Shown here piece after piece: positions 49,320 to 58,690 of a stretch of DNA of 64,000 nucleotides. Each line of letters opens with the position of its first letter. Within the stretch, counting starts at the first letter, position 1. Made by a program: the position numbers and the translations under genes. The DNA comes from Candidatus Latescibacterota bacterium (GTDB lineage Bacteria; Latescibacterota; UBA2968; UBA8231), in the NCBI GenBank assembly GCA_965197905.1, contig CBDAOB010000004.1, forward strand, positions 320,001 through 384,000, given 5' to 3'. Under the pieces are notes generated by a model. The model ran no database searches, had not been told where the DNA came from, and was given only the letters and a program-made list of their open reading frames with translations.

Positions 49320-50105
49320 TCACTCCCCGTGCCAAGCTCCGAGCGCCATCAGCCCACCGTCAACGCAGACGTTTTCCCCGGTCATGAACGATGCTTTGTC
49401 ACTGGCAAGAAAGAGCACGACGTTGGCGATCTCTTCCGGTTTCCCGATCCGCTTGAGCGGGTGGCACTGTCCCAGGTCCTTCTTGATCTCCTCCGGTTCC
49501 CCGTCCATTACCTCGAACGCCTGGGCGACCATGGCGGTATCGATGGTTCCGGGGTTCACCGCCAACACCCGAATGTTCTGCTCGGCGTACTCCAGAGCCA
49601 GCTGACGGGTCAGGGAAAGGACCCCACCCTTGCTCGCGGCGTAAGCCGAAACCCCCTTCATCGACTGCAGACCCTGAACGCTGGCTGTGTTGATGATCGA
49701 TCCTCCTCCCCGCTTGAGGATCTCCGGAATGCACAAGCGGCTCATCAAGAAGTAACTCTTGAGATTCACATCCATGATCCGGTCCCAGGCTTCGATGGAG
49801 AGCTCGTGAACTGGCAGGTAGGTGTCTAGCGGCGCGATACCGACGTTGTTGCAGAGGACATCGATCCCGTCGGTTCCGGCGGCCGCCACCACCGCCTGAC
49901 AACCTTCGTTGGTCGCCACGTCGGCGCGTTGATAGTGAATCTCTCCCGGACCTGTCGACTCTCTCTCCAGTTTTTGCCCCACCTCGTCGTTTATGTCGGC
50001 ACAGATAACCTTTGCACCGGCCGCCGCGAAACCCCGGCAGATCGCTCTCCCGATGCCCAAACCGCCCCCGGTGACCACCACCACTTTGTCTTTGAAATCA
50101 CTCAT
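49320..50105 (-). CDS. SDR family oxidoreductase
   Basis: TGGGLGIG, NNVG, YAASK, NPG.IDT. Confidence 0.95.
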   Translation of the reverse strand: MSDFKDKVVVVTGGGLGIGRAICRGFAAAGAKVICADINDEVGQKLERESTGPGEIHYQRADVATNEGCQAVVAAAGTDGIDVLCNNVGIAPLDTYLPVHELSIEAWDRIMDVNLKSYFLMSRLCIPEILKRGGGSIINTASVQGLQSMKGVSAYAASKGGVLSLTRQLALEYAEQNIRVLAVNPGTIDTAMVAQAFEVMDGEPEEIKKDLGQCHPLKRIGKPEEIANVVLFLASDKASFMTGENVCVDGGLMALGAWHGE

Positions 50106-50199
50106 CAGATACTCCTCGCATTAGTTGTGAAAACCGCGGCCGATAGACGCGGCTTTTCCGTTGTTGTAATTTGCATTCTCTCTCGGAGGTATTCGTCAA

Positions 50200-51393
50200 A
50201 TGCGATGGGCTTCTTCAGTTTCTTCCAGTGACAATTTAAATGACGCGATTCGGGAAATGGGAGATGACATCCAACAGAAGCTCCACGGATCCCGTCCCGA
50301 TTTTCTCATCGCCTTTGTGTCACCCGGTTTCCCGGAAAGCTACGGCAAAATTCCAGGCCTCGTCCAGGACTTGATCGGCCCGCAGGTATTCCTGGGATGT
50401 ACGGCGATGGGTGTTATCGGCGGGGGCCAGGAGATCGAGCACCAGGTCGCTGGGCGGGCGGCGGTGTCGATGGCCGCCGCGCTTCTGCCCGATGCCGAGG
50501 TGACCACCTTCCATATCGAAGCCGACGACCTGCCAAGCCCCGATGACGGCCCCGATGAATGGGTTCGGGTTCTGGGGGTTCCCCAAGATCCGACGCCCCA
50601 CTTCGTGCTGCTCGGCGATCCGCGCTCGCTCTATCCCCAACCGCTGCTGATGGGTCTGGACTTCGCCTATGGCGGCAGCGCCAAGATCGGTGGACTGGCT
50701 TCTTCAGTCAGCGAGGGAAACGTCCTGTTTGTCGACGATGCCCACCATACGTCGGGGCTCGTGGGGGCCGCCTTCAGCGGCAACGTGGCGATCGATACGG
50801 TGGTCGCCCAGGGGTGCCGCCCTATCGGAGACCCTCTATCTGTAACCGAATGCGACCGCAACAATCTGGTGCAGCTGGACGACCGCTCCGCCCTCGAGGT
50901 GCTGATGGAGCTCTTCCAGTCACAACCCCCCGATGAGCAGGATCTGATTCGCACCGCGCTGCACATCGGCATCGCGACCACTGAGTTCAAGAGTCCCTTG
51001 GAACAAGGCGACTTTTTGATACGCCACGTCATCAACATCGATCAAGAGCGCGGCACCATCGGGGTGGACGAGTCGATTCGCAACGGTCAGACGGTGCAGT
51101 TCCATCTGCGTCACGCCGAGGCCGCCACGGAAGACCTGAACGTTATGCTCGGCAACTACCGGAGCAACAAACCTGCGACCGACCCTGCCGGCGCGTTGCT
51201 TTTCAGCTGTACGGGTCGGGGCGCCTACCTGTTCGGACAACCGAATCACGACTCCGACGCGTTCGCCAACAACATCGGGAGCCTTCCTGTGGGCGGATTC
51301 TTCTGTGCCGGCGAGATTGGCCAAGTCGGCGGATCCACCTACATGCACGGCTACACCAGCTCCTTCGGGATCTTCAGGCCGGAACACGCCTAG
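50200..51393 (+). CDS. FIST signal transduction domain protein
   Basis: GCTAMGVIG, GGLAS, VAQGCRPIG, FSCTGRG, GFFCAGEIG, HGYT. Confidence 0.92.
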   Translation: MRWASSVSSSDNLNDAIREMGDDIQQKLHGSRPDFLIAFVSPGFPESYGKIPGLVQDLIGPQVFLGCTAMGVIGGGQEIEHQVAGRAAVSMAAALLPDAEVTTFHIEADDLPSPDDGPDEWVRVLGVPQDPTPHFVLLGDPRSLYPQPLLMGLDFAYGGSAKIGGLASSVSEGNVLFVDDAHHTSGLVGAAFSGNVAIDTVVAQGCRPIGDPLSVTECDRNNLVQLDDRSALEVLMELFQSQPPDEQDLIRTALHIGIATTEFKSPLEQGDFLIRHVINIDQERGTIGVDESIRNGQTVQFHLRHAEAATEDLNVMLGNYRSNKPATDPAGALLFSCTGRGAYLFGQPNHDSDAFANNIGSLPVGGFFCAGEIGQVGGSTYMHGYTSSFGIFRPEHA

Positions 51394-51396
51394 GCG

Positions 51397-51969
51397 CTAG
51401 TTGAAAACCTCCAGATCCACTCTGCGCAACTCCGCGTACTCAGCTCCGCCGGGATTGAGAGTACTCTGCATCAGGTGAATGGATTCGATCGGAATGGTCG
51501 CTGCCAGCGGCGGCTCCTTCCAGACCGCTTCATCCGGAACGCTGAGCGTGCCTCGCACCCTTCCGAGAGTAAGATGAGGATGGAATGACCGACCTTCGCG
51601 CGGCCACCCGATTGCTAGCAAGGAAGTATCCAGCCGTTCTCTGAGACCAAGGAGACCGCCCCCGGGATCGAGCATTCCCACCCATATGACTTTAGGGCGA
51701 CGCCGATTCGGAAAATAGCCCAGATTCCCCAGCGTCGCCTCGAAGCGACCGAATCGCGATACCGCCTCCGCCATCACCTGGCCAATCTCGGGAACAGCCG
51801 CCGGGCTCGTTGGTCCCAGGAACCGCACCGTCAGATGCAGTTGGTGAGCGGCCGACCAGCGCACCAGACCGGGCGGCAGGGTGCGGGCCAGCCGGGTGCT
51901 GAGGTCGATCAGAGAAGATCGCACCTCAGGCGCCAGCGAAACCGCCACGAATGTTCTTATTTCTTTCAT
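51397..51969 (-). CDS. thpR: RNA 2',3'-cyclic phosphodiesterase (2H family)
   Basis: RTFVAV and two HxT motifs (HLTVRFLG, PHLTLGR). Confidence 0.92.
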   Translation of the reverse strand: MKEIRTFVAVSLAPEVRSSLIDLSTRLARTLPPGLVRWSAAHQLHLTVRFLGPTSPAAVPEIGQVMAEAVSRFGRFEATLGNLGYFPNRRRPKVIWVGMLDPGGGLLGLRERLDTSLLAIGWPREGRSFHPHLTLGRVRGTLSVPDEAVWKEPPLAATIPIESIHLMQSTLNPGGAEYAELRRVDLEVFN

Positions 51970-52046
51970 TGTGATTATGCGCTGCCCCTCCGTTGACACC
52001 TGCACATCAGTACAGTATATTCGACCCTTTCTCTCCCCAGCTACTT

Positions 52047-55000
52047 ATGGAATCCCGCAATATCCTGGTCCGCGGCGCCCGCGTTCACAACCTCAAGAAC
52101 GTCGATCTCGAACTTCCGAAAAATCAGCTGATCTGTTTCACCGGCGTTAGCGGATCGGGGAAATCCTCGATGGCGTTCGACACGCTGTACGCCGAAGGCC
52201 AGCGACGCTACGTCGCTTCCCTCTCCGCCTATGCCCGGCAGTTTCTCGGACAGATGGAAAAACCGGATGTGGACCAGATTTCCGGGCTCGCACCGACGAT
52301 CTCGATCGCGCAGAAGACCGGAGGTCACAACCCTCGTTCCACCGTCGGCACAATCACTGAGATCTACGACTACCTCCGCGTTCTTTACGCGCGCGTTGGT
52401 AGACCCCACTGCGTTCAATGCGGCAAACCGATCGGCGCCCAGAACCGCGGCCAGATCGGAGTCCAGATTGCGGCGCTGGGGAAAGGATCCCGCGTGCAGA
52501 TCCTGGCCCCTGTGGTCGAGCAGCGCAAGGGAGAATACAGCGAGCTCTTCGACGATCTGCAACGATCCGGTTTCCTGCGAATACGCGTCGACGGGCATAT
52601 CTACCAGCTGGAGGACGCTCCCCAGCTGGACCGCTACAGCCGCCACAACATCGAGGTGGTGATAGACAGACTGGTGCTGCGCGGCGAGGTGGATGCGCGG
52701 CTCGCCGAAGCGGTAGACAGCGCCTTGCAGATGGGGGAGGGACAGCTGATCCTCGCCCGCGACGACGAAGATGACTGGCTGCTCAGCGCCGATTTCGCCT
52801 GCGGCCGCTGCGGGATTTCGTATCGCGAGCTCACGCCCCAGATGTTCTCATTCAACAACCCACAAGGGATGTGTTCCGGGTGCGGTGGTCTCGGCACCCA
52901 GGTGCAGATGAAAGAGCAGCTGATGGTGCCCGACGCTAAGAAGTCCATATCCCAGGGCGCGATCGAACCGCTTGGGGACATCCGCAGCAATCGCTGGCGA
53001 CTTCATCTCTACGAAGGAGCCGCGGAACATCTGGGCTTCGATCTCAAGACTCCCTGGAACAAACTCTCCCAAAGTCAGAAGGAGAGTTTCCTCCATGGCA
53101 TGGGCGACGACAAGCTCGAGTTCACCTACACCAACGTGCGCGGCTATAGCTGGTCTCACAAGGACAAATACGAAGGTGTGCTCAAACACCTGGAGGACCG
53201 TTTCCACTCCGGCTCCGAGCGGGCGCGTCGAGGTTTGGAGCAGTACATGGGCACGCAGGTTTGTGTCCAGTGCCATGGCGGCCGGCTGTGCCCCGAGGCA
53301 CTGGCGGTTACCTTCGAGGACACTCGGCTGCACGAGCTCACCTCCTGGGCCATCGAGGACACTCGCGCCTTCTTCGAAAAAACGGACCTGGGTGAAACCG
53401 AACAGCTCATCGCCGAAGACGCTCTACAGGAGATCCGTGGACGTCTGCAGCTCCTGGTCGACATCGGCCTGGGATACCTGACCCTGGGTCGGGGCGCTCA
53501 CACCCTGTCCGGTGGTGAAGCCCAGCGGATTCGTCTGGCGAGCCAGATCGGCTCGGGTTTGGTAGGGGTTCTCTACGTCCTGGACGAGCCATCGATCGGC
53601 CTGCACCATCGCGACAACGAGCGCTTGCTGAGCACCCTCAAGAAGTTGCGCAGTATCGGCAATACGGTGGTGGTGGTGGAGCACGACGAGGACACGATTC
53701 GGCAGGCGGATCTGGTCTGCGATTTTGGTCCGGGAGCGGGCGAGCGCGGCGGCCAGCTGGTGATAAGCGGCGCACCGAAAGAGGTGGAAACCTGTGCCGG
53801 CTCGCTCACTGGTCAATACCTTACCGGGGCCTGCCAGATCGCTGTTCCGGAGAAACGGCGACAGCAAAACGGCCACTGGCTCGAGGTGGTAGGCGCCAGG
53901 CACAACAACCTGAAAAACATCACGGTCCGCATACCGCTGGGCCTTTTCACCTGCATCACCGGTGTATCCGGTTCGGGCAAGAGCTCCCTGGTAAACGACA
54001 TTCTGTTCAAGGCGTTGGACCGCAAGCTGCATCGAGCCCAGCTGGAGCCTGGGTCCCATGACAGCCTGCGCGGCGTCGAAGAGCTGGACAAGGTCATTCG
54101 CATCGACCAGAAACCGATCGGGCGCACCCCCAGGTCGAATCCGGCGACCTACACCAATGTCTGGACACCTATCCGGCAGCTCTTCGCGCAAGTGGCGGAT
54201 GCCAGGGTGCGCGGGTATCGGCAAGGACGTTTTAGCTTCAACGTGAAAGGCGGGCGCTGCGACGCCTGCGAAGGAAGCGGGGCGCACCTGGTGGAGATGG
54301 AATTCCTCTCCGACGTGTGGATCACCTGCGAAGTCTGTGACGGCCGGCGGTTCAACCGCGAGACCCTCGCGGTTAAATTCAAGGAAAAGTCGATCGCTGA
54401 CATCCTCGACATGGAGGTGGAGGAAGCGCTCTCCTTCTTCGAGAATCTCCCCCACATACATCGAATCTTGAAAACCTTGCACGATGTGGGATTGGGATAC
54501 ATAAAACTCGGCCAGCCCGCCCCCACCTTATCCGGCGGCGAAGCGCAGCGGGTCAAGCTGGCGAAGGAACTCTGCAGACGCGGCACCGGCCGCACCGTGT
54601 ACATCCTGGACGAGCCGACGACCGGTTTGCATTTCGCCGACGTGGAAAAGCTGCTGCGCATACTGCACACCTTCACCGGCCAGGGGAATTCGGTAGTGGT
54701 GGTCGAACACAACCTGGAGGTGATCAAGACCGCCGATCATGTCATCGATATGGGTCCGGAAGGCGGAGCGGCAGGTGGTCTGATAGTCGCCGAGGGCACC
54801 CCAGAGGTTCTGGCGGCGCATCGAGAGTCCCATACCGGTCAGGCCTTGAAGACGGTGCTCTCCAAGAGAGAGACGGCTTCCGTAACCTCCTCGCGACGTC
54901 GGCTTCAGCTCAATGGCCGTCCCATCAAACATATCGACGTAGTCGGCGCCCGGATGCACAACCTCCGCGATATCAACCTGCGCGTTCCCCGGGACAAGAT

Positions 55001-57710
55001 GACGGTTGTGTCCGGCGTCAGCGGATCGGGAAAATCCTCCCTCGCCTTCGATACGATCTACGCCGAAGGGCAGCGTCGCTACGTAGAGTCGCTTTCGGCC
55101 TACGCCCGCCAGTTCCTGGATCAGATGCAGAAGCCGAAGGTGGAGAAGGTCACCGGTCTATCTCCCGCTATCGCCATCGAGCAGAAAAGTCCGAGCAAGA
55201 ATCCGCGTTCGACCGTCGGCACGGTCACCGAGGTCTACGACTACCTGCGCGCACTGTTCGCCAACATCGGGGTCCAGTACTGCCCCAGATGCAACGTCGC
55301 GGCCGGCACCCAGACACCTCAACAGATCGTCGACCGCATCCTCGAGTCGTACGAGGACCACCGCATCCTGGTTCTGGCGCCTATTGAGCCGGCGAGGAAC
55401 GAGGGGTATGAGACCTTGTTGCAGCGCGCGCGCCAAGAGGGTTTCGCCCGGGTTCGAATCGGTGGCAAGATTCGCGACCTGGCAGAGGATATCGAGCTGG
55501 AGCGACGCCACCGGCATCGAGTAGAGCTGGTTGTGGATCGGCTAAGCTCTCGCGTGCGGGATCGGGGTCGCCTGAACGAGTCGGTGGAGCGCTCCGTGGA
55601 ACTTTCGGGCGGCGAGATCGTCGTGTTGTCAGCCGAAGACAACAAGGAGTCCCGCTTCAGCAAGAGCTTTTCCTGCCCCCAATGCGGGCGCAGTTTCGAT
55701 CCGCTCAACCCGAGGCGATTTTCCTTCAACCATAACGAGGGCATGTGCCAGGTCTGCGAGGGGCTCGGGGTCGACGAGGGATTTGATCGAGACCTGGTGT
55801 TCCGCGATCGAAAATTGAGTGTCCGCGCCGGCGCGGTGGCCGCCTGGGGAGAGCTGAACGATTCCGATTTCGCCCGCATGCTGAAAGCTGCCGGGGAGCA
55901 GCTCGGGTTCGATATAGATACCCCGGTAGCGCGTTTGGGTGCGGATGCCGTCCGCGTTCTGCTCTACGGCGACCCGCACCGCAAGCTGTCCATGGGCAAC
56001 GGACTGCAAGTGGCCTATAGGGGGCTGCTGCATCCGATCGACGAGTTTATCCGCACCTCTAAGCGGTTCAAGAAGATGCTGCGCGAAGTGCCCTGCTCGG
56101 CTTGCGAGGGTAGTCGACTCAAGTTGGAGAGTCGCAACGTGCGCATCCGCGATTCGACGATGGTGGATTTGACCCGGCGACCCATGAGTGAATGCCTGCA
56201 GTTCTTCATGGAGGTGCAGCTGGCCCCTAGAGAAGAGGAATTGGCAGGCGAGCTGTTGCAGGAGATCCGCCAACGCCTGCAGTTTCTCGATCGGGTCGGG
56301 CTCGGTTATATAAGTCTGGAACGTCGCGCAGCGACCTTGTCTGGGGGTGAGGCCCAACGCATCAGGCTGGCAAGCCAGATTGGCTCGGGACTTACCGGCG
56401 TTCTTTACCTGCTCGACGAACCGACCATTGGGCTACACGCTCGGGATACCCACCGGCTGTTGGACGCACTCAACGATTTGAAGGAGCTGGGAAACACCCT
56501 GATCCTGGTGGAACACGATCGCGAGACCCTCGAGCGCGCCGATTTTATCGCCGACCTCGGCCCGGGCGCGGGACGAAGCGGCGGAGAGCTGGTGGCGTGC
56601 GGAACGCCCGACAAGGTGAAACGCAGCCGCGCGTCGAAGACCGGCGCCTATCTCCGCGGCCGGCTGCAGATTGACCTTCCCGCTCGCAAGCGTCGAAAAA
56701 AGACCGGATCGTTGACACTTAAAGGGGCGCGGCAGAACAACCTCAAGAATATCGATGTGGAATTTCCCCTCGAATCGTTCATCTGCGTAACCGGCGTTTC
56801 CGGCTCGGGCAAGAGCTCGTTGGTGCAGGACACGTTGCACAACGCTCTGGCCAGCAAGATCCAGGGCACTCGATGCGAGCAGGGTGAGTACGACGCGCTG
56901 ACGGGACTCGAGCAAATCGACAAGATCATCGACATCGACCAGAGCCCCATTGGCCACTCGCCGCGCAGCACGCCGGCGACAGTCATGGGGGTGTTCAACC
57001 TCATCCGCCAGCTCTACTCCCAGCTCCCCGATGCCAAGGTGCGGGGGTTCGCGCCAGGCCGCTTCAGCTTCAACCGGCCCGGCGGCCGTTGCGAGTCGTG
57101 CGAAGGGTTGGGCTGGCGCTGTATCGAAATGCATTTTCTGCCCGACGTCTGGGTAAGGTGCGATCATTGTCAGGGCAAACGTTTCACGGCGGAGATCCTC
57201 GAGATCCAGTTCAAGGGCCGTTCCATCGTTGACGTACTCGAGATGACCGTAGACCAAGCGGTGGGCGTGTTCGACAATGTTCCCAACATCTCCAAGAAAC
57301 TGCAGACGATGGAGGACGTGGGCTTGGGATACATGTCTCTTGGACAGTCGTCGACCACCTTCTCCGGCGGCGAAGCACAGCGGTTGAAATTGGCTACGGA
57401 GCTGGCTCGCCCCAGCACCGGAAACACCTTCTATATCCTGGACGAACCAACCACCGGGTTGCATTGCGCCGACATCCAAAAGTTGCTGCATGTCATCCAC
57501 CGTCTGGTCGCTTCGGGAAATACTGTGTTGGTGGTGGAGCACAATATGGATGTTATCAAGAATGCCGATCACATCATCGACCTCGGACCCGAAGGGGGAG
57601 ACGAGGGCGGCAAGATCGTGGCAATCGGAACGCCGAAGGCGGTCGCCTCCGCCTCCAAATCCCACACCGGCCGGGTGCTCAAACAGACCCTGGCGGCGGT
57701 TTCCGCGTGA
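52047..57710 (+). CDS. uvrA: Excinuclease ABC subunit A, tandem-duplicated (about 1890 aa)
   Basis: Four GVSGSGKSS Walker A motifs, four (L/F)SGGEAQR signatures and two complete UvrA units joined near 54900. Confidence 0.96.
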   Translation: MESRNILVRGARVHNLKNVDLELPKNQLICFTGVSGSGKSSMAFDTLYAEGQRRYVASLSAYARQFLGQMEKPDVDQISGLAPTISIAQKTGGHNPRSTVGTITEIYDYLRVLYARVGRPHCVQCGKPIGAQNRGQIGVQIAALGKGSRVQILAPVVEQRKGEYSELFDDLQRSGFLRIRVDGHIYQLEDAPQLDRYSRHNIEVVIDRLVLRGEVDARLAEAVDSALQMGEGQLILARDDEDDWLLSADFACGRCGISYRELTPQMFSFNNPQGMCSGCGGLGTQVQMKEQLMVPDAKKSISQGAIEPLGDIRSNRWRLHLYEGAAEHLGFDLKTPWNKLSQSQKESFLHGMGDDKLEFTYTNVRGYSWSHKDKYEGVLKHLEDRFHSGSERARRGLEQYMGTQVCVQCHGGRLCPEALAVTFEDTRLHELTSWAIEDTRAFFEKTDLGETEQLIAEDALQEIRGRLQLLVDIGLGYLTLGRGAHTLSGGEAQRIRLASQIGSGLVGVLYVLDEPSIGLHHRDNERLLSTLKKLRSIGNTVVVVEHDEDTIRQADLVCDFGPGAGERGGQLVISGAPKEVETCAGSLTGQYLTGACQIAVPEKRRQQNGHWLEVVGARHNNLKNITVRIPLGLFTCITGVSGSGKSSLVNDILFKALDRKLHRAQLEPGSHDSLRGVEELDKVIRIDQKPIGRTPRSNPATYTNVWTPIRQLFAQVADARVRGYRQGRFSFNVKGGRCDACEGSGAHLVEMEFLSDVWITCEVCDGRRFNRETLAVKFKEKSIADILDMEVEEALSFFENLPHIHRILKTLHDVGLGYIKLGQPAPTLSGGEAQRVKLAKELCRRGTGRTVYILDEPTTGLHFADVEKLLRILHTFTGQGNSVVVVEHNLEVIKTADHVIDMGPEGGAAGGLIVAEGTPEVLAAHRESHTGQALKTVLSKRETASVTSSRRRLQLNGRPIKHIDVVGARMHNLRDINLRVPRDKMTVVSGVSGSGKSSLAFDTIYAEGQRRYVESLSAYARQFLDQMQKPKVEKVTGLSPAIAIEQKSPSKNPRSTVGTVTEVYDYLRALFANIGVQYCPRCNVAAGTQTPQQIVDRILESYEDHRILVLAPIEPARNEGYETLLQRARQEGFARVRIGGKIRDLAEDIELERRHRHRVELVVDRLSSRVRDRGRLNESVERSVELSGGEIVVLSAEDNKESRFSKSFSCPQCGRSFDPLNPRRFSFNHNEGMCQVCEGLGVDEGFDRDLVFRDRKLSVRAGAVAAWGELNDSDFARMLKAAGEQLGFDIDTPVARLGADAVRVLLYGDPHRKLSMGNGLQVAYRGLLHPIDEFIRTSKRFKKMLREVPCSACEGSRLKLESRNVRIRDSTMVDLTRRPMSECLQFFMEVQLAPREEELAGELLQEIRQRLQFLDRVGLGYISLERRAATLSGGEAQRIRLASQIGSGLTGVLYLLDEPTIGLHARDTHRLLDALNDLKELGNTLILVEHDRETLERADFIADLGPGAGRSGGELVACGTPDKVKRSRASKTGAYLRGRLQIDLPARKRRKKTGSLTLKGARQNNLKNIDVEFPLESFICVTGVSGSGKSSLVQDTLHNALASKIQGTRCEQGEYDALTGLEQIDKIIDIDQSPIGHSPRSTPATVMGVFNLIRQLYSQLPDAKVRGFAPGRFSFNRPGGRCESCEGLGWRCIEMHFLPDVWVRCDHCQGKRFTAEILEIQFKGRSIVDVLEMTVDQAVGVFDNVPNISKKLQTMEDVGLGYMSLGQSSTTFSGGEAQRLKLATELARPSTGNTFYILDEPTTGLHCADIQKLLHVIHRLVASGNTVLVVEHNMDVIKNADHIIDLGPEGGDEGGKIVAIGTPKAVASASKSHTGRVLKQTLAAVSA

Positions 57711-57746
57711 GCGGGCTTGCCGTCCAGGCCTCTCTTGTGGGCTTCC

Positions 57747-58409
57747 ATGTTTGAACCCAACGTTCCGCGCCGCAGCTTCTTCGACTTCGCCTTCGTTTGC
57801 CCGCACCGTGCCCAACCACCCAAAATCGATGGAAATCTGCGGGATTGGTCTGCGGAAGAGATGCTGCCAGATCTGATGGGCGTCGACGGTGACAGCCGAT
57901 TCGCCAATCTGTTCGCCAGCTGGGACGACTCCGGGCTATACTTCGGCTTCGAGATCAGCCGCAAGACCACCTACAAGATCAAACCTAAAGAACCCGAGAG
58001 AGGGGACTGTCTGGAACTGTGGATCGACTCTCGGGACCTGAAGGATAGCCATCGCGCCAATAGGTACTGTCACCGGTTCTACTTCCTGCCGGGCGGCCGC
58101 GGGTCGGATGGCAAACAGCCAATCGGGCGACACACCCACATCGACGGGGCGAGGGAGCAATCCCCCCCTTGCCCTGAGGATGCGATCGAGATCGGACTGC
58201 GGCGTCTCAAGAGAAGCTGTCAGATGGAAATCAAGATTCCCGCTGAGGGTTTGAACGGATTCCAGCCGCGGGAATTCCGCCGCATTGGGTTCAACTACAT
58301 TCTTCACGACACCGAAAAGGGGCGTCAGTCATGGACGTGTAATGGCGACGAAGACCGCGGCAGTGACCCCAGTACATGGGGGACCCTCGAACTGCACGGG
58401 GAACTGTAG
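57747..58409 (+). CDS. CBM9/DOMON-like domain protein
   Basis: PKIDGNL.DW, WDDSGLYF, D.LELWID, E.KIP, IGFN. Confidence 0.7.
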   Translation: MFEPNVPRRSFFDFAFVCPHRAQPPKIDGNLRDWSAEEMLPDLMGVDGDSRFANLFASWDDSGLYFGFEISRKTTYKIKPKEPERGDCLELWIDSRDLKDSHRANRYCHRFYFLPGGRGSDGKQPIGRHTHIDGAREQSPPCPEDAIEIGLRRLKRSCQMEIKIPAEGLNGFQPREFRRIGFNYILHDTEKGRQSWTCNGDEDRGSDPSTWGTLELHGEL

Positions 58410-58571
58410 TGGCCTGTCGCGGAAATAGCTTACGGAAATTCTGGCGCCGAGGCGCCCGGCCCGCAAGGCGCCTGAGCGAAACCGTACTGTTCGAGTACGG
58501 CAAGAGAGGGCAACGCCACGGGTCGGGATGGATCGACGCCAGAAAACGGAATATATTCCGCGACCGGCCAC
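58409..58571 (+). mobile_element. 163-bp MITE-like element D (same TIR class as C)
   Basis: TIRs GTGGCCTGTCGCGGAA / TTCCGCGACCGGCCAC; core CAAGGCG (58464)...CAACGC (58511). Confidence 0.82.
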
Positions 58572-58690
58572 CTGTACTCGTGTATCCAGTACATCGAAGT
58601 TTTGTTATCTTTATCGGGTTACCAATGAATGCCATTGCCGACCACGTCCGGCGTTCTTAGGAACCGCACCACACCCATCCAACAAGGCTT

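Noticed and set aside
56433..57815. 460-aa minus-strand ORF and other long antisense ORFs over uvrA, amtB and the ABC genes
   Set aside because: Shadow ORFs caused by GC-rich codon bias opposite well-supported genes.
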